Part shown: positions 17,172-27,677 of the stretch, piece after piece | Position numbering within the stretch: position 1 is the stretch's first letter | How the letters are laid out: each line of letters starts with the position of its first letter | Virus record (IMG/VR): IMGVR_UViG_3300045988_078288 | Direction: 5' to 3' (one strand) | Length of the DNA: 64,000 nt | Origin: a virus | Notes under the pieces: generated by a model | The model's database searches: none | Seen by the model: the letters and a program-made list of their open reading frames with translations, nothing else | Told to the model about the DNA's origin: nothing | Translations under genes and position numbers: made by a program

Positions 17172-20100
17172 TCAGCTAATATAGAGCTTTTTTCTGCCAC
17201 TTGTAGACACCGCGTTCATCCAATCCATCATCCGATCGAGCTTCTCGTTACGAGCTTCCGCGAGCATGACAATCTGCGTGAGCTGCCCGAGCTGCGCTTT
17301 CTGTATCTGACCCATTTCGGGAAGACGCATCTTCAATAGTTCTCCGATGTCCTTGACCTGCGCACGATTAACACTCACGTCAAGACGGATGGCATTGACG
17401 TAACTTGCGAGAATATCCGCAGTTTCCTCAGTGATATTCGTGATGCCGTTGGTCACACTTCCATCGCCATTTTCCGACAAGTCGAGTCCCATATTCTTCA
17501 AGCGTTCGAGGATTGCCGTGATGTTCTCGGCTGCATTGTTGGTGCCATTATACAGGTCATCCGCAACCTTAACAACATCTTCTGGTTCAAGCTTTCCTTT
17601 CTGCTTGATTATTTCCGTCAGATTGTCAAGCGGCCCCTGTAGAGCAACCTCCATTACCTTCTGAGAGACGATGTTTTTGGTAAGGTCTTTTACCATTTCT
17701 TTTGCCTTCTTCTTGTAGGCATCAATAGCGTCCTCACCTTTTGACCATGCGCTTACAACTGCGTCGGTTAATTGGCTTGCCCACGCCTTCATATCTACGC
17801 CATAGATGTCCTTGAGAAAGTCTTTTGCAAAATTGTTAATGGTCGTTTCCATCTCCTTGATTTGCTGTTTGTAGTCGGCAATCTTATCCTTGTCCTTCTT
17901 CTTCTTGCCCTCCTCAGCGTTTAACTGCCTCTGCATTTCATCCTTCTGTGCCATGAGGGAAGCCTGCTCAGCGAGGTAAGCATTGCCTGGGTCGGATAGG
18001 GATTTTTTAGCAGTAGTGTACGTATCAGAGGAATATTGGCTCTTTTTACTCTCTCCTCTTGCTGCTTTTTCGTAAGAATTAGTAACGTTGCCCAATCTTT
18101 TACGTGTATCCGCATCCATTTTGTAGGAATAGACACCGCCAAGGGTATTTTCAATCGCCGTCTTTACATCGTTGCGCAAGCGCTCAAGTTCCGTTATATT
18201 TCGCTCTGCGAGTTTGATTTGGCGTTCTAACTTTGCATCGTGCGCCGCAGCAAATGCCTTAAATGGAGAGGTGAAGATGCCAACAAATCCTTGAAGAACA
18301 CCGCCGACATTGCCAGACATAGCACTTGTGACCATATTTGAAATGGAACTTGAAACACCGCCGAGAGAATTAAAGAATGCCGTTGCATCTTGCCATCCGT
18401 CGTTTTCTGTATCAACGCCAAGAGCACTCGCTGTGTCCTTAATATCATTGAACGTGGCGACAATGCTTTGGATGTTTTCATTGATTTTACTTGCTGCGGC
18501 ACTGACATTCGCCATAGATTCCTTGAACTCATTGGCGGCCTTAGCCTCTTTTTGACCCTGTTTGAGTTTCGCGTCACCCTTTTCTTCCTTTTCATGCCCC
18601 TCAAGCATTTTAGCAACGATTTCATCGACAGCATCAAAATCCAAGTTTGAGAACGCTTCTATTAGCTCCGTGTTAGCCTCCTGCTGCATTCTCTCGCCCT
18701 CCTGCTTCAATGCCGCTCCAGCTGTAATTTTCTCGTTGGCGTTCTTTACTCTCTGTTCGGCGACACCACTAAGACCAGAATTAAAGAAGTTTTTCTTGCC
18801 ACTTGAGAGTTTGTTCAACTGCTCGTCAAGCTGCTGTATCTGCTTGCCGTACTCGCGAGCGTCAATGGTTCCGTCAGCAAGTGCCTGGTTAATGTTCTCG
18901 CGTATCTGCGAAGCAATTTCGGATGCCCTGTCCATGCCGAGCTGCGACACCGCTCCGAAGAACGTGATATAGTCACTACTCTTGTTGAAGGCTTCCGTCT
19001 TAGCAGAGTTCACTTCCTTGTCCCGTTGGCGCGTGTAACGAGAAGCAAGACCATAGTTTCCCGCTTCTTCCGCTTGTGCAATAGGCGTTTCATACTTGGC
19101 GTAGATGGCGGCTATCTTCTCCTGCGTGCTTGCTGTCTGTGCGATGATGTCCGCAGCCTGCTGTAAGCTCTTGACATAATTGTCCTTTACCAAGGTCGTT
19201 ATCTTCTGCCAAGCCTCAAGAGCGAGAGGCGTGTCCTTATACAGAACCTTTGCGTCGGCTTCGGTCATTCCGAGGTTGACATCGTGCCCGAAGTTCTTCT
19301 TGAAGTCCTCCGCCATCTTTCTTGTCTGCTTATCCCACACCGCGCCGTCCTGAAAGGCGAGCTTGGCGAAATCCAGACTGCCGGTCTTCTCGTACAGTTC
19401 CTTCTGCAAGTTCGCCTGCTTCACGCCTTTCTCCAGTGCCTCCTTGAAGTTTGAAGATACGCGCTCCCATTCCACCTTGTCGATTTCAGAGTACTGCCAC
19501 TCTGCCTTTTCGCGGTTGACTTGCGTACGAAACTTCTTGCGGTCGGTGGTATTCCAGAAGCCGCGGCCAGGCATCATTGCCTCAAGACTCTCCATATACT
19601 TGGAAAGGTCTATCTTCTTCCAGTCGAGGTTGGGGAATAGGCTCTTAACCTTTCCTATAGCCTCGCTCTGCGTGTTTCCTATGCCAATGTATTTCTGGTA
19701 CCACTGGCGAGCGGCCTTGAAATCTTCAAACTGCTGACGAAGCGACTTAAGAGCGGAGTCTTTCTTCGGGCCTTTGTTCTTATCTTTCTTTGCGTCGAAC
19801 AGATTTAATTCCTTTGCGGTCTGTTCTGCCAGCTGCCACTCCTTTTTTAATTCATCCTGCCGTTTTGATTTTGCTTTTTTTGCAGCTTCGTATTCCTTCT
19901 TTTTCGCAGCTACATCAGCGTTAGCGGCTTCTCTTGCTTTAGTCCACGACCCCTCCTTTCCCCAAGATTGCGCAAATTTCTGCTTCTTCGCTTGTGTTTC
20001 TGGGTCACCAACGCCAAGTGGCATTTTTGGAAGATTGCCAAGAAGCTCATTTTGAACATCATTAAACTTACTATCTTTAAAAACAAGATTTATAACAGCC

Positions 20101-23100
20101 TCGAAGTTGGACGCATCAAGCAGTGCCTGTAAAGCCTTTTCAAATTCCGGGTATTGCCCCGTAAGCCCTCTTTTTGCATCTTGCATCAACTCTTCAACTT
20201 TCGCCTTTTCGGCTTCGTTGAGAGTTTGCCCCGAGCGTATTTTTGTTGCAATAGTCGGAGCAATACTGTCAAGCAAATCGCTAAGTTTGTTTTTAGCCTC
20301 TTCCTGTAACCATGAGTCTTTATCTCCAATGCCAAATGCTTGTAAGACCGATGCTCTTATCATGTTGGCTCTACTCTCTGGTATTTCCATGGAAGCAAAA
20401 ATGTTGCTCATGGCTTGCATCGCAGCAAGGCGCATAGTTTCGTCTTTAGAAATATCTCCGAATTGTTTAAGTATAACCTTTTTTATCGGATTTACCATGT
20501 CGCCCTTCTGATAAGGCTGTAAACCTTTCCATGCCGCGCTTCTCGCAGATGCAAAGTCCATGCCCTTGTCACTCATATTTTGGGCGGTTGTCTTTTCCAG
20601 TCTTTCATAGTTTCTGTTTGACCGTGTTATCGCCCCGCTAAAGTCCGAATAATTATCGCGATTTCCCATTTTGGACTTAGCAATCATCTCTGCATCACGC
20701 AACCTCTTTAATTCCTCATCAAGATATTTCAGACGCTCCTCATGGCTTTGCTTCTCGTCAGCCTTCATTACAAGATTGTTGTAATTGTAAGGCTCAAGTT
20801 GTTTTAGCTTTTCTTTGTATGCGTCAATTAGGTTATCAACCTCCTTTATATCCCCTCCGGATAATACCTTTGCGGTGTCATTTTCGCGCAAAAAGTCGTT
20901 TAGCTGTTTTATGCGGTCTTCAATTTCGTTCGTTGTTTGATTAATCCTATTCGTTAAATCAGCACTCTTTGTGTACATATAAGATATACCCATCGTAACG
21001 CCAGTAATAATCAGGCCAGGCAATCCGCCGACGGCAGCGAGCAATGTCGCTCCCATAGTCCTTGCGCCAGCTGTGAGTATTGCGAATGCAGACATTCCTT
21101 TAAGTGCGAACGTTCTCCAAAAACCACCTGTAGTGGCGAATTGTATTTTTAGATTTGTAAAGTAAGCGTTCGTTCTTAATTGCAATCCAATAAAAGCGGC
21201 TTTCGCTTTATTCCACCATCCACCATTCTGTCTCGCCTCTACGAGCTTGCGGCGCGAACCAAAGGTTCCAGTACCCGCAAAATCTGTCATGCCGTCTTTG
21301 TATATAGATCTGCTTATCTGCCCATTTATATACATTCTTTCGAGGTCGACCTTTTTAATCGCTTTCGCTAAAGAAAGTGCTTTTATATCCTCTGATGTGA
21401 TAAGCTTCTTTGTAGCAAGCAGACGGAGTTCTTGTGCTGTTGTTTTCTCTCCGAGTAACACCTTCTTTTGGATATCAGAAGCCATACTTGCTTTGCCAGA
21501 CAATAACGCAGCACCGATGCCACCGCCAAGCGAGGTTTGCAGTCTTTTCAATGCAAAACCGCTAAATGCCGCGACAACAACAGGTGCCATCGTGTGCAAC
21601 GCCTGTACAAGATTTGTAACAAGGTCGAGTATATGCTTTAGATTGCTTCCAACGATGTTGCTATCGCTTGCAAACTCTGAAAGCATAATTTCCCACGCAT
21701 CTTTGAGTTTATTGAATCTACCAAGAAGCGTTTCTGAAAGCACAAGCTGCATGTTGTAGAACTGACCTCCCGCATCGGTCATTTCCCAAAAGACGTTCTT
21801 TACGTCCTCGAAATCAACGCCGCGTCCCGATATGCGGGTTTTTACTTCGCTTGTAGACACCTTGCGGCCTTCACGCTTTGAATAGTATTCGGAAAGTTTC
21901 TGTAACAACGGAATACCTGCGTAGGAAATCTGGCGCAGCTCCTTGCCATCAAGCCAACCGCGAGAGCGTACCTGTCCGAACGCCAAAGCTATTCGCTCGA
22001 AGCTGACTCCAAGACCCGATGCCATATCTGCGAGTCGCTTTGTGGTGTCATACAACTGGTCGTACTCTACTCCGTAAGCCGCCAACTGTTTTACATCTCG
22101 GTTTAATTCAGAGAAAGTAAACGGCGACTGTAATGCAAGTTGTTTAACTTGTGAGAACATGGTGTTGGCGTTCTGTACATCACCCAAGATACTCTGTAAT
22201 GCGATATGTTGCTTTTCAAGCTCGCCACCAGTCTTTATCACACTCATGGCAAACTGCTGCATACCATAAACAAGTCCTCCCTGCATAACCAGGGACTTCA
22301 AATCCTGCATTGTAGAGTTAAGACCACCGGCGGAGTTTTTCGCCTGCTCAAAAGCGCGAACAAGGTCGCTACGCACCTTTGCCGCCGAATTTGCAATCTC
22401 CTGCTGGTGCTTTCGCTCTAAATCAATACTCTTTTCTTTCTCGCGGTTTGTCTTTTCTTGCGCCGCATTAATCGCTCTTTGGTCTTGCAGTGCTCGCCCT
22501 GCCTGCGTTGCGTCGTGTCCTGTACCGATACTTCCTATACGGCCAACAACATTCTGACCTTCTACAAGCCAAGTGCGCATCTGTCTAAGATAGCGCATAA
22601 TGTCGATAAGACGATGTATCTCAGCCTCCGCTTTGCTCACGTCGGCTCCCAACGATATGCCGCGGCTAAACTCACGTCTGAGCGATCTCACCTTATTGCC
22701 AAGCGAGTCGTAACGAGCCTCCGCTGCCTTTATTTCAGACAATCTCTGCTTGTTGTCGCGTGCTTCCTGTCTTTCGTTCTTCCTGTCCTGCTTTTTGTTA
22801 GCTCTCGTAATGGCATTGTTCAGCTTGTCCTGCTCCGACTTGGCATTGCCGATTTCGTTTTTGAGTATCTTGTACTCCGAAACCAGTTCCGCCACCGCGT
22901 TCTTGCTGCCAATGTCGGCGTTGTTGAACTTGTCGCGCATTTCAAACAATCGCGAAATGGCACTTCCCACTCTTGATGTGTCAGCACCGACCTTAAAGCC
23001 TCGTTTGGCAGAGTCGTTGAGTTCGCGTATCTTTCTGCTCACCTCGCTCATAAGCTCCTGCAAGCGTCTGTACCTCGCCTCCATTGTTTCGAGGTTGCGG

Positions 23101-24842
23101 TCGGTTGCCACCGCCTTTGCCTTTTCACGACCATAAGCCTGCATTGCCGTTGAAGCCTTGTTGAGTTCGACAGAAATATCGCTAAAGAGTTGCTTCATCT
23201 TGTCGACATTCGCCAGTTCTCCGTTCTTGTTTGACATTGCTGCTTCCATTCGTGCCACAACGCCTCCAAGTCCAGAAATGCGCTCTCCGAACATTGAAGT
23301 ATTATATCCCTTTTGCGTGCCTTCGTTCATAAGGTCGCGTAGCTTGGCGAGTTTTTCACGCACAGCGTCAATGCGCGCATCCAGTTTAGAGAAATTACCG
23401 TCGAGGTCGGACAAAGGATTCGGCTTCTGTAATTTGCCGATAATTGCATCCACATCCTTGAGCGTCATCGCCAAAGTCTTTCCGTACATACCGAGCACAT
23501 GGGCATTATCCGCACCTGTCCCGAACATCTTGTCCTGAAGCGATAATAGTCTGTTTCGGAAATTCTCAATGAGCCTTGTGGCGTTCTCTATATTCTTTGT
23601 GTCAACGTTTGGGTTTGCAGCCTTAACCTCGGAGATGTGCTTTTGGGCGATGTCTATTCTCTGTAACAGGGAGAGGTATTCAAGAGCTTTTTTTAAGCGT
23701 GGGGTAGGGTCGGGAAAATCATTGGGGTTAAAAGCTTTCCCTTGGTCTTTCATCGCCTTCGCTCTTTCTTTGTTTACTTTCTCAATCGCGACATTTGCTG
23801 CGTTCAGAATGTCAACGTATTTGCGCCCACTGTCGTCCTTAACGCCAATAACCGCACTTGCCTTGCCTTTGAAAGCGTCAAGGGCTTCGTTCAGTTTTAA
23901 CTGGTAAGATGTTTGTGCCTGTGTCGCTGCAACGTCCTTTTCTCTTGCGGCTGTTGCCTCGTTGAGCATTTTGTTAAGCCCCTTGTTCTCAACAAACGGC
24001 TGTATCTTAGGTGCAGTCGCAGTCTTGCTTTCTGCTGCACTCTTTTCCTTCTGTGCAGCAGTGGTAGCCTTTAGCTGCTCCTCCTGCTTCTTGAGGGCAT
24101 TGGTCTGCTCATTGACCGCTTCTGCATTTTTCTTGGTCTGTTCCTCTGCTCTCTTTCCTGCATCTGCAACGGCGTTGGTTTCCTTAGATACCCCCTGTGT
24201 AGCTACGATGTATTTGTACTCTATGTCTGTTACCTTGCCATCGAGTGTGTTTAACCACTTGTCGATTTGCATGTAGTTCTTGATGGGGGAGTGAATGAGG
24301 GATGTGCCTTCGTTTATAAGACCTTGGAGCTCTTGCCGAATAGCCTTTAGACCACTGGCTGTCGGTGCGTCGGCAAATTTCAAATGATTTTGCAGCGACG
24401 CAATAGCATCAATAGCTTCTCTACTTTGATATATTGTGCTTTGCAGATTAAAACCAGAGTCAGACAAACCCTTTTTTGACTCAATGTTAGTCAGAGCGAA
24501 CTCAAGTTCCCGCACAAGTTTGGCGTACTGCTGTAATTTTCCTATATTTAAATCTTCCGTTATACCCTTCCAGCCACCTTTGGTTTTCCCAATCACACCT
24601 AATACCGCCTGCAACTCCTTTGCTTCGGCAGACGTATCACCGAGAGCGTTTTGAATTTTTTTCAAAAAACTTATATTCTTCCCCGATACATCCGTATCAG
24701 CAAGTTTTCGCAAATTCTCCTGCGCTTTCCTGGTTTTTGCATCAACGCCAGTCATGCCATCGGCAATCTTGTTCAACTCCTTAGATACTGTTTCTTTGAG
24801 TCCAAGGCTCATCCATAAACTTCCAACGTTTCCGTCTGCCAT
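17172..24842 (-). CDS. Tail tape measure protein (2556 aa)
   Basis: Very long helical, Ala/Lys/Glu-rich ORF with hydrophobic segments. Core region ...QSPFTFSELNRDVKQLAAYGV...FGQVRSRGWLDGKELRQ... resembles the TP901-type TMP core. Sits after the frameshifted chaperones. Confidence 0.9.
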   Translation of the reverse strand: MADGNVGSLWMSLGLKETVSKELNKIADGMTGVDAKTRKAQENLRKLADTDVSGKNISFLKKIQNALGDTSAEAKELQAVLGVIGKTKGGWKGITEDLNIGKLQQYAKLVRELEFALTNIESKKGLSDSGFNLQSTIYQSREAIDAIASLQNHLKFADAPTASGLKAIRQELQGLINEGTSLIHSPIKNYMQIDKWLNTLDGKVTDIEYKYIVATQGVSKETNAVADAGKRAEEQTKKNAEAVNEQTNALKKQEEQLKATTAAQKEKSAAESKTATAPKIQPFVENKGLNKMLNEATAAREKDVAATQAQTSYQLKLNEALDAFKGKASAVIGVKDDSGRKYVDILNAANVAIEKVNKERAKAMKDQGKAFNPNDFPDPTPRLKKALEYLSLLQRIDIAQKHISEVKAANPNVDTKNIENATRLIENFRNRLLSLQDKMFGTGADNAHVLGMYGKTLAMTLKDVDAIIGKLQKPNPLSDLDGNFSKLDARIDAVREKLAKLRDLMNEGTQKGYNTSMFGERISGLGGVVARMEAAMSNKNGELANVDKMKQLFSDISVELNKASTAMQAYGREKAKAVATDRNLETMEARYRRLQELMSEVSRKIRELNDSAKRGFKVGADTSRVGSAISRLFEMRDKFNNADIGSKNAVAELVSEYKILKNEIGNAKSEQDKLNNAITRANKKQDRKNERQEARDNKQRLSEIKAAEARYDSLGNKVRSLRREFSRGISLGADVSKAEAEIHRLIDIMRYLRQMRTWLVEGQNVVGRIGSIGTGHDATQAGRALQDQRAINAAQEKTNREKEKSIDLERKHQQEIANSAAKVRSDLVRAFEQAKNSAGGLNSTMQDLKSLVMQGGLVYGMQQFAMSVIKTGGELEKQHIALQSILGDVQNANTMFSQVKQLALQSPFTFSELNRDVKQLAAYGVEYDQLYDTTKRLADMASGLGVSFERIALAFGQVRSRGWLDGKELRQISYAGIPLLQKLSEYYSKREGRKVSTSEVKTRISGRGVDFEDVKNVFWEMTDAGGQFYNMQLVLSETLLGRFNKLKDAWEIMLSEFASDSNIVGSNLKHILDLVTNLVQALHTMAPVVVAAFSGFALKRLQTSLGGGIGAALLSGKASMASDIQKKVLLGEKTTAQELRLLATKKLITSEDIKALSLAKAIKKVDLERMYINGQISRSIYKDGMTDFAGTGTFGSRRKLVEARQNGGWWNKAKAAFIGLQLRTNAYFTNLKIQFATTGGFWRTFALKGMSAFAILTAGARTMGATLLAAVGGLPGLIITGVTMGISYMYTKSADLTNRINQTTNEIEDRIKQLNDFLRENDTAKVLSGGDIKEVDNLIDAYKEKLKQLEPYNYNNLVMKADEKQSHEERLKYLDEELKRLRDAEMIAKSKMGNRDNYSDFSGAITRSNRNYERLEKTTAQNMSDKGMDFASARSAAWKGLQPYQKGDMVNPIKKVILKQFGDISKDETMRLAAMQAMSNIFASMEIPESRANMIRASVLQAFGIGDKDSWLQEEAKNKLSDLLDSIAPTIATKIRSGQTLNEAEKAKVEELMQDAKRGLTGQYPEFEKALQALLDASNFEAVINLVFKDSKFNDVQNELLGNLPKMPLGVGDPETQAKKQKFAQSWGKEGSWTKAREAANADVAAKKKEYEAAKKAKSKRQDELKKEWQLAEQTAKELNLFDAKKDKNKGPKKDSALKSLRQQFEDFKAARQWYQKYIGIGNTQSEAIGKVKSLFPNLDWKKIDLSKYMESLEAMMPGRGFWNTTDRKKFRTQVNREKAEWQYSEIDKVEWERVSSNFKEALEKGVKQANLQKELYEKTGSLDFAKLAFQDGAVWDKQTRKMAEDFKKNFGHDVNLGMTEADAKVLYKDTPLALEAWQKITTLVKDNYVKSLQQAADIIAQTASTQEKIAAIYAKYETPIAQAEEAGNYGLASRYTRQRDKEVNSAKTEAFNKSSDYITFFGAVSQLGMDRASEIASQIRENINQALADGTIDAREYGKQIQQLDEQLNKLSSGKKNFFNSGLSGVAEQRVKNANEKITAGAALKQEGERMQQEANTELIEAFSNLDFDAVDEIVAKMLEGHEKEEKGDAKLKQGQKEAKAANEFKESMANVSAAASKINENIQSIVATFNDIKDTASALGVDTENDGWQDATAFFNSLGGVSSSISNMVTSAMSGNVGGVLQGFVGIFTSPFKAFAAAHDAKLERQIKLAERNITELERLRNDVKTAIENTLGGVYSYKMDADTRKRLGNVTNSYEKAARGESKKSQYSSDTYTTAKKSLSDPGNAYLAEQASLMAQKDEMQRQLNAEEGKKKKDKDKIADYKQQIKEMETTINNFAKDFLKDIYGVDMKAWASQLTDAVVSAWSKGEDAIDAYKKKAKEMVKDLTKNIVSQKVMEVALQGPLDNLTEIIKQKGKLEPEDVVKVADDLYNGTNNAAENITAILERLKNMGLDLSENGDGSVTNGITNITEETADILASYVNAIRLDVSVNRAQVKDIGELLKMRLPEMGQIQKAQLGQLTQIVMLAEARNEKLDRMMDWMNAVSTSGRKKLYIS

Positions 24843-24861
24843 ATCCTGAAATATTTATCGT

Positions 24862-25592
24862 TTAGATTTTGTTATTTAAATAATCGGAGAGGCTAATCTT
24901 CTTGCCAACAAGACTGCCCTCCTTCTCCTTCTTCTTTACCCAGTTATCCCAAAGGTCGTCCATCTCCTTTGCGGTGTGCTTGACACTACCGTCGGGGTTG
25001 CGCTTCTTGTCTTTCTTGTACACAATAATGGGCTGGTCTGCAACCATGAGGTCTATCTGTACCGAAGTGTAGCCCCACCAGTAGTCGTATGCCTTGATGC
25101 CGTAGCGCGTGGCAAAGAGGAACGGGAACTTTTCGGCTAACGAGAAGGCTGCTCCCCAGCTTGTCCTGCTCGGGTAGCTTTCACTTCTTTCTTCGTCATC
25201 GTCATCGCCAGATCCGTCATCCCTGTCGCTAATATGGTAGTCAGCGAGCACACTACCAATGGTACTTTTTTTTTAGCTGCGTCAACGACCCTCAGAACCT
25301 CGATTGCATCCAAGTCCTTGATGTAGTACAGCCAACGCCAGTAAGCCCAGTAGAAGAAGCGTAGCTTCCAAAAATTATTAAGAAGAACGATGGCGCACAG
25401 CTTTACGCCGCGCTTCCACTCGTCTTTCTCATTCGCTGTGACGTGCGAAAACTTTCTTATCGCACCTCGTTTAAGCCAACCGATTTTGCGCTTCCTGCCC
25501 ATAAAGACAACCGCTTCGGGTTCCGCCTCCAATACGCTGTCAAGAGCTTTCTGCAACTCGTCGCTGGGTTGTTCTATCTTCTTTTCTTCCAT
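24862..25592 (-). CDS. Tail assembly chaperone, -1 frameshift extended product (GT-like)
   Basis: The -1 frame opens at the A9 run and continues as ...STIGSVLADYHISDRDDGSG... to the stop at 24862. Confidence 0.6.
25137..25592 (-). CDS. Tail assembly chaperone (G-like, zero-frame product)
   Basis: 151 aa between the major tail and tape measure genes. Contains the A9 slippery run. Confidence 0.7.
   Translation of the reverse strand: MEEKKIEQPSDELQKALDSVLEAEPEAVVFMGRKRKIGWLKRGAIRKFSHVTANEKDEWKRGVKLCAIVLLNNFWKLRFFYWAYWRWLYYIKDLDAIEVLRVVDAAKKKVPLVVCSLTTILATGMTDLAMTMTKKEVKATRAGQAGEQPSR
25266..25274 (-). other. Slippery sequence for programmed -1 ribosomal frameshift (A9, GCU AAA AAA AAA G)
   Basis: T9 on the + strand at 25266-25274. 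Both frames are open across it. Confidence 0.6.
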
Positions 25593-25627
25593 ACCGTTTT
25601 TCTTGATGTTAAGTCTTGTAAAAACAA

Positions 25628-25671
25628 AAGCGGAAAACCGCGACCCTTGATAAGTCCGCCGCTTTCCGCTT
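25628..25671 (-). terminator. Hairpin and U-tract after the major tail gene (attenuator/terminator)
   Basis: Minus sense: AAGCGGAAAGCGGCGGAC...GTCGCGGTTTTCCGCTT followed by TTGTTTTT. Confidence 0.55.
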
Positions 25672-25702
25672 CATATTCGATTGCGTTACGCCGCTTTTTA
25701 CT

Positions 25703-26290
25703 TTAAGCAGCTGCTGCCTTTGTAAGCCAAGCGATGCTCTTCTTGCCAGCACCCTCGATAGAACCCGAGAACTTGAACGCAACAGGCTTTGTGCCTGTTT
25801 CATCCCACTGCAAGGTAGCGTAGAGGGCGATGTTGGTGATGACCATGACGTTTGTCTTGGTATCGTCAACGATTGCGATTGTGCCCTGAATTTTGAACTT
25901 CTTAAGCTCAAGAGCAACGCCGGTAAAGCCTGTTGTCGCGTCGAGCTCGGTGTCGCCGGTCTTCAAAGTGACCTTTGTAAGTTCGCTCACCGCATCGTTG
26001 CCAAACATCGCAGCGAGCAGATCCTTTGCCTTTGACGGAACAACGAACTCAACGTTGAAGTCGCCAAGCTCGGAGGTTGTCGCCCAGTCGCCTGCAAGAC
26101 CGATAACCTTGTAGTGGTTGATGGTTGGGTCTTCCATTGTCGCCTTCAGTGAGTCAACCTCAACAGGCAGTTCGAGGTCTGCTGTAATGTCGATAGTAGC
26201 CTTGCTGAGGTCTGTGATTGCCTTAGCGTACAAAAGTGTCTTAGGGCCTACAAAGAGGTCCTTCAACTCTTCGATTTTCTTCATTGCCAT
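25703..26290 (-). CDS. Major tail (tube) protein
   Basis: 195-aa beta-rich ORF immediately upstream of the chaperone pair, with a strong downstream hairpin. Confidence 0.7.
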   Translation of the reverse strand: MAMKKIEELKDLFVGPKTLLYAKAITDLSKATIDITADLELPVEVDSLKATMEDPTINHYKVIGLAGDWATTSELGDFNVEFVVPSKAKDLLAAMFGNDAVSELTKVTLKTGDTELDATTGFTGVALELKKFKIQGTIAIVDDTKTNVMVITNIALYATLQWDETGTKPVAFKFSGSIEGAGKKSIAWLTKAAAA

Positions 26291-26328
26291 AATTCAAAAC
26301 TTTTTTAGTTAAACCTTAATTTTTGCGT

Positions 26329-26736
26329 TTATTTGGTTCTTAACGAGCCCTGTATTATCGTTACCGAAAAACCGTCGCCGTCGTCCGTTTGCAGAGTGAC
26401 ACGCGGCTTGGTTACGATGATGTTGTCTGTTGAGATTGGAAACTTTGTCATTACCGCACTGACCTTCTCGGATACCGCAGACACGTTCAACGTATTGGGG
26501 TTCCTGGCGGATGTCTTGTCACGGACATATATCTCTATCTGCGCGGTAGTCGTATAATCGTTGAAACTGCCGTCGTCGTTCATCTCATTGTTGTAGATGC
26601 TCGACGGGAAAGACACAACGATATAGCTGTCGGGCCTGTCGCAGACAGACTTCGGACGGTTTCTTGGATAAACCTTGTCACAGATGCCTTTTACGGCATT
26701 GCCAACATCGTAGTATAGTGTCTTTATGCTTATCAT
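26329..26736 (-). CDS. Tail terminator / tail completion protein (by position)
   Basis: 135 aa. ATGA overlap with the upstream gene. Confidence 0.45.
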   Translation of the reverse strand: MISIKTLYYDVGNAVKGICDKVYPRNRPKSVCDRPDSYIVVSFPSSIYNNEMNDDGSFNDYTTTAQIEIYVRDKTSARNPNTLNVSAVSEKVSAVMTKFPISTDNIIVTKPRVTLQTDDGDGFSVTIIQGSLRTK

Positions 26737-27290
26737 ATAGTTACTATCGTTCCTTCAAATATACCTGGTATTTCATCAGTTAGTCCAGTAAGAACATCGT
26801 GGTTGCGCTTGTTCTGGACATATTTTGCATATTCCATCGCAACGACAGCAATCAACGCATATGTAGCTTTTGGCTTTCTTGCTTTAAGACTTCGCCGTGC
26901 AACACTAATTCCATCCTTTCCTCCGCCTCCATATTCACCAGTGAAAGGTCTTGATACCGTCTTCCCATCTGGCATAACGTGTATTACAGGTTCTCCTGTA
27001 TAGTAGGCGGATAAGTTGTACTTTTCACCTTTTGCAAGTGACCTGCGGGTTGGCGGTTCAAGACCGACATTTGTTGCGTCTGCGATGCTAACAAGTTTAC
27101 TACGATGATATACGCCTACAGCGAATGAGTTCAACAAGTTACCAGTTACGTCATAGTAGTTTTTTGTGCCAGCATAGCGCTGAACCATCTCAATGGCGAC
27201 CAAGTTCAACTTGTCAAGTATCGCTTCCGTCGTTTTCTTTCCTATAACATTCTTCGCCTTAATGGCAAATTGTTCCGCCAAGCTTCCCAT
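26733..27290 (-). CDS. Head-tail joining protein (HK97 gp10-like, by position)
   Basis: 185-aa ORF in the connector block. Confidence 0.45.
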   Translation of the reverse strand: MGSLAEQFAIKAKNVIGKKTTEAILDKLNLVAIEMVQRYAGTKNYYDVTGNLLNSFAVGVYHRSKLVSIADATNVGLEPPTRRSLAKGEKYNLSAYYTGEPVIHVMPDGKTVSRPFTGEYGGGGKDGISVARRSLKARKPKATYALIAVVAMEYAKYVQNKRNHDVLTGLTDEIPGIFEGTIVTI

Positions 27291-27293
27291 ACG

Positions 27294-27671
27294 CTAAACC
27301 CTTGTAAAGTCCCAATAAACAACAGTTCTATTATTGTCAGGCTCGCAGTCCTTCACCATTCCGACCTCGGTGTTGTTGCCGACCGTTGCGTAAATCATGT
27401 CACCATCAAGAGGACATCTGCCGGCATCCCATTCGTCATATCTGACAGGAATTGATACCTTCCTCTTGTTCTCGTCGACATTCTTACCGCCCTCGGTAGT
27501 CGTATCGGTATAGCTGCGGCCCTCGCCTTCGTAGATAACAATCTCTGTGTCATCGCCAACCTTTGCGTCATCATCAGCAAACGGATCGTTCTCGTCCGCC
27601 TTGCCGACAAGCACCCTAACGATTTTTATCGTGTGAGGGTATCTCGGGTTTCTGATATTTGCCTTTCTCAT
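27294..27671 (-). CDS. Head closure / head-tail adaptor protein (by position)
   Basis: 125-aa ORF in the connector block. Confidence 0.45.
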   Translation of the reverse strand: MRKANIRNPRYPHTIKIVRVLVGKADENDPFADDDAKVGDDTEIVIYEGEGRSYTDTTTEGGKNVDENKRKVSIPVRYDEWDAGRCPLDGDMIYATVGNNTEVGMVKDCEPDNNRTVVYWDFTRV

Positions 27672-27677
27672 ACATCC

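Noticed and set aside
17172-24842. Numerous 60-170-aa ORFs on the + strand inside the tape measure and other large minus-strand genes
   Set aside because: These are antisense shadow ORFs within long, well-supported CDSs, with low-complexity Ser/Phe/Ala/Leu-rich translations. The same applies to the nested ORFs listed inside 11570-16603, 28201-30195, 31029-34363 and 35890-37458.
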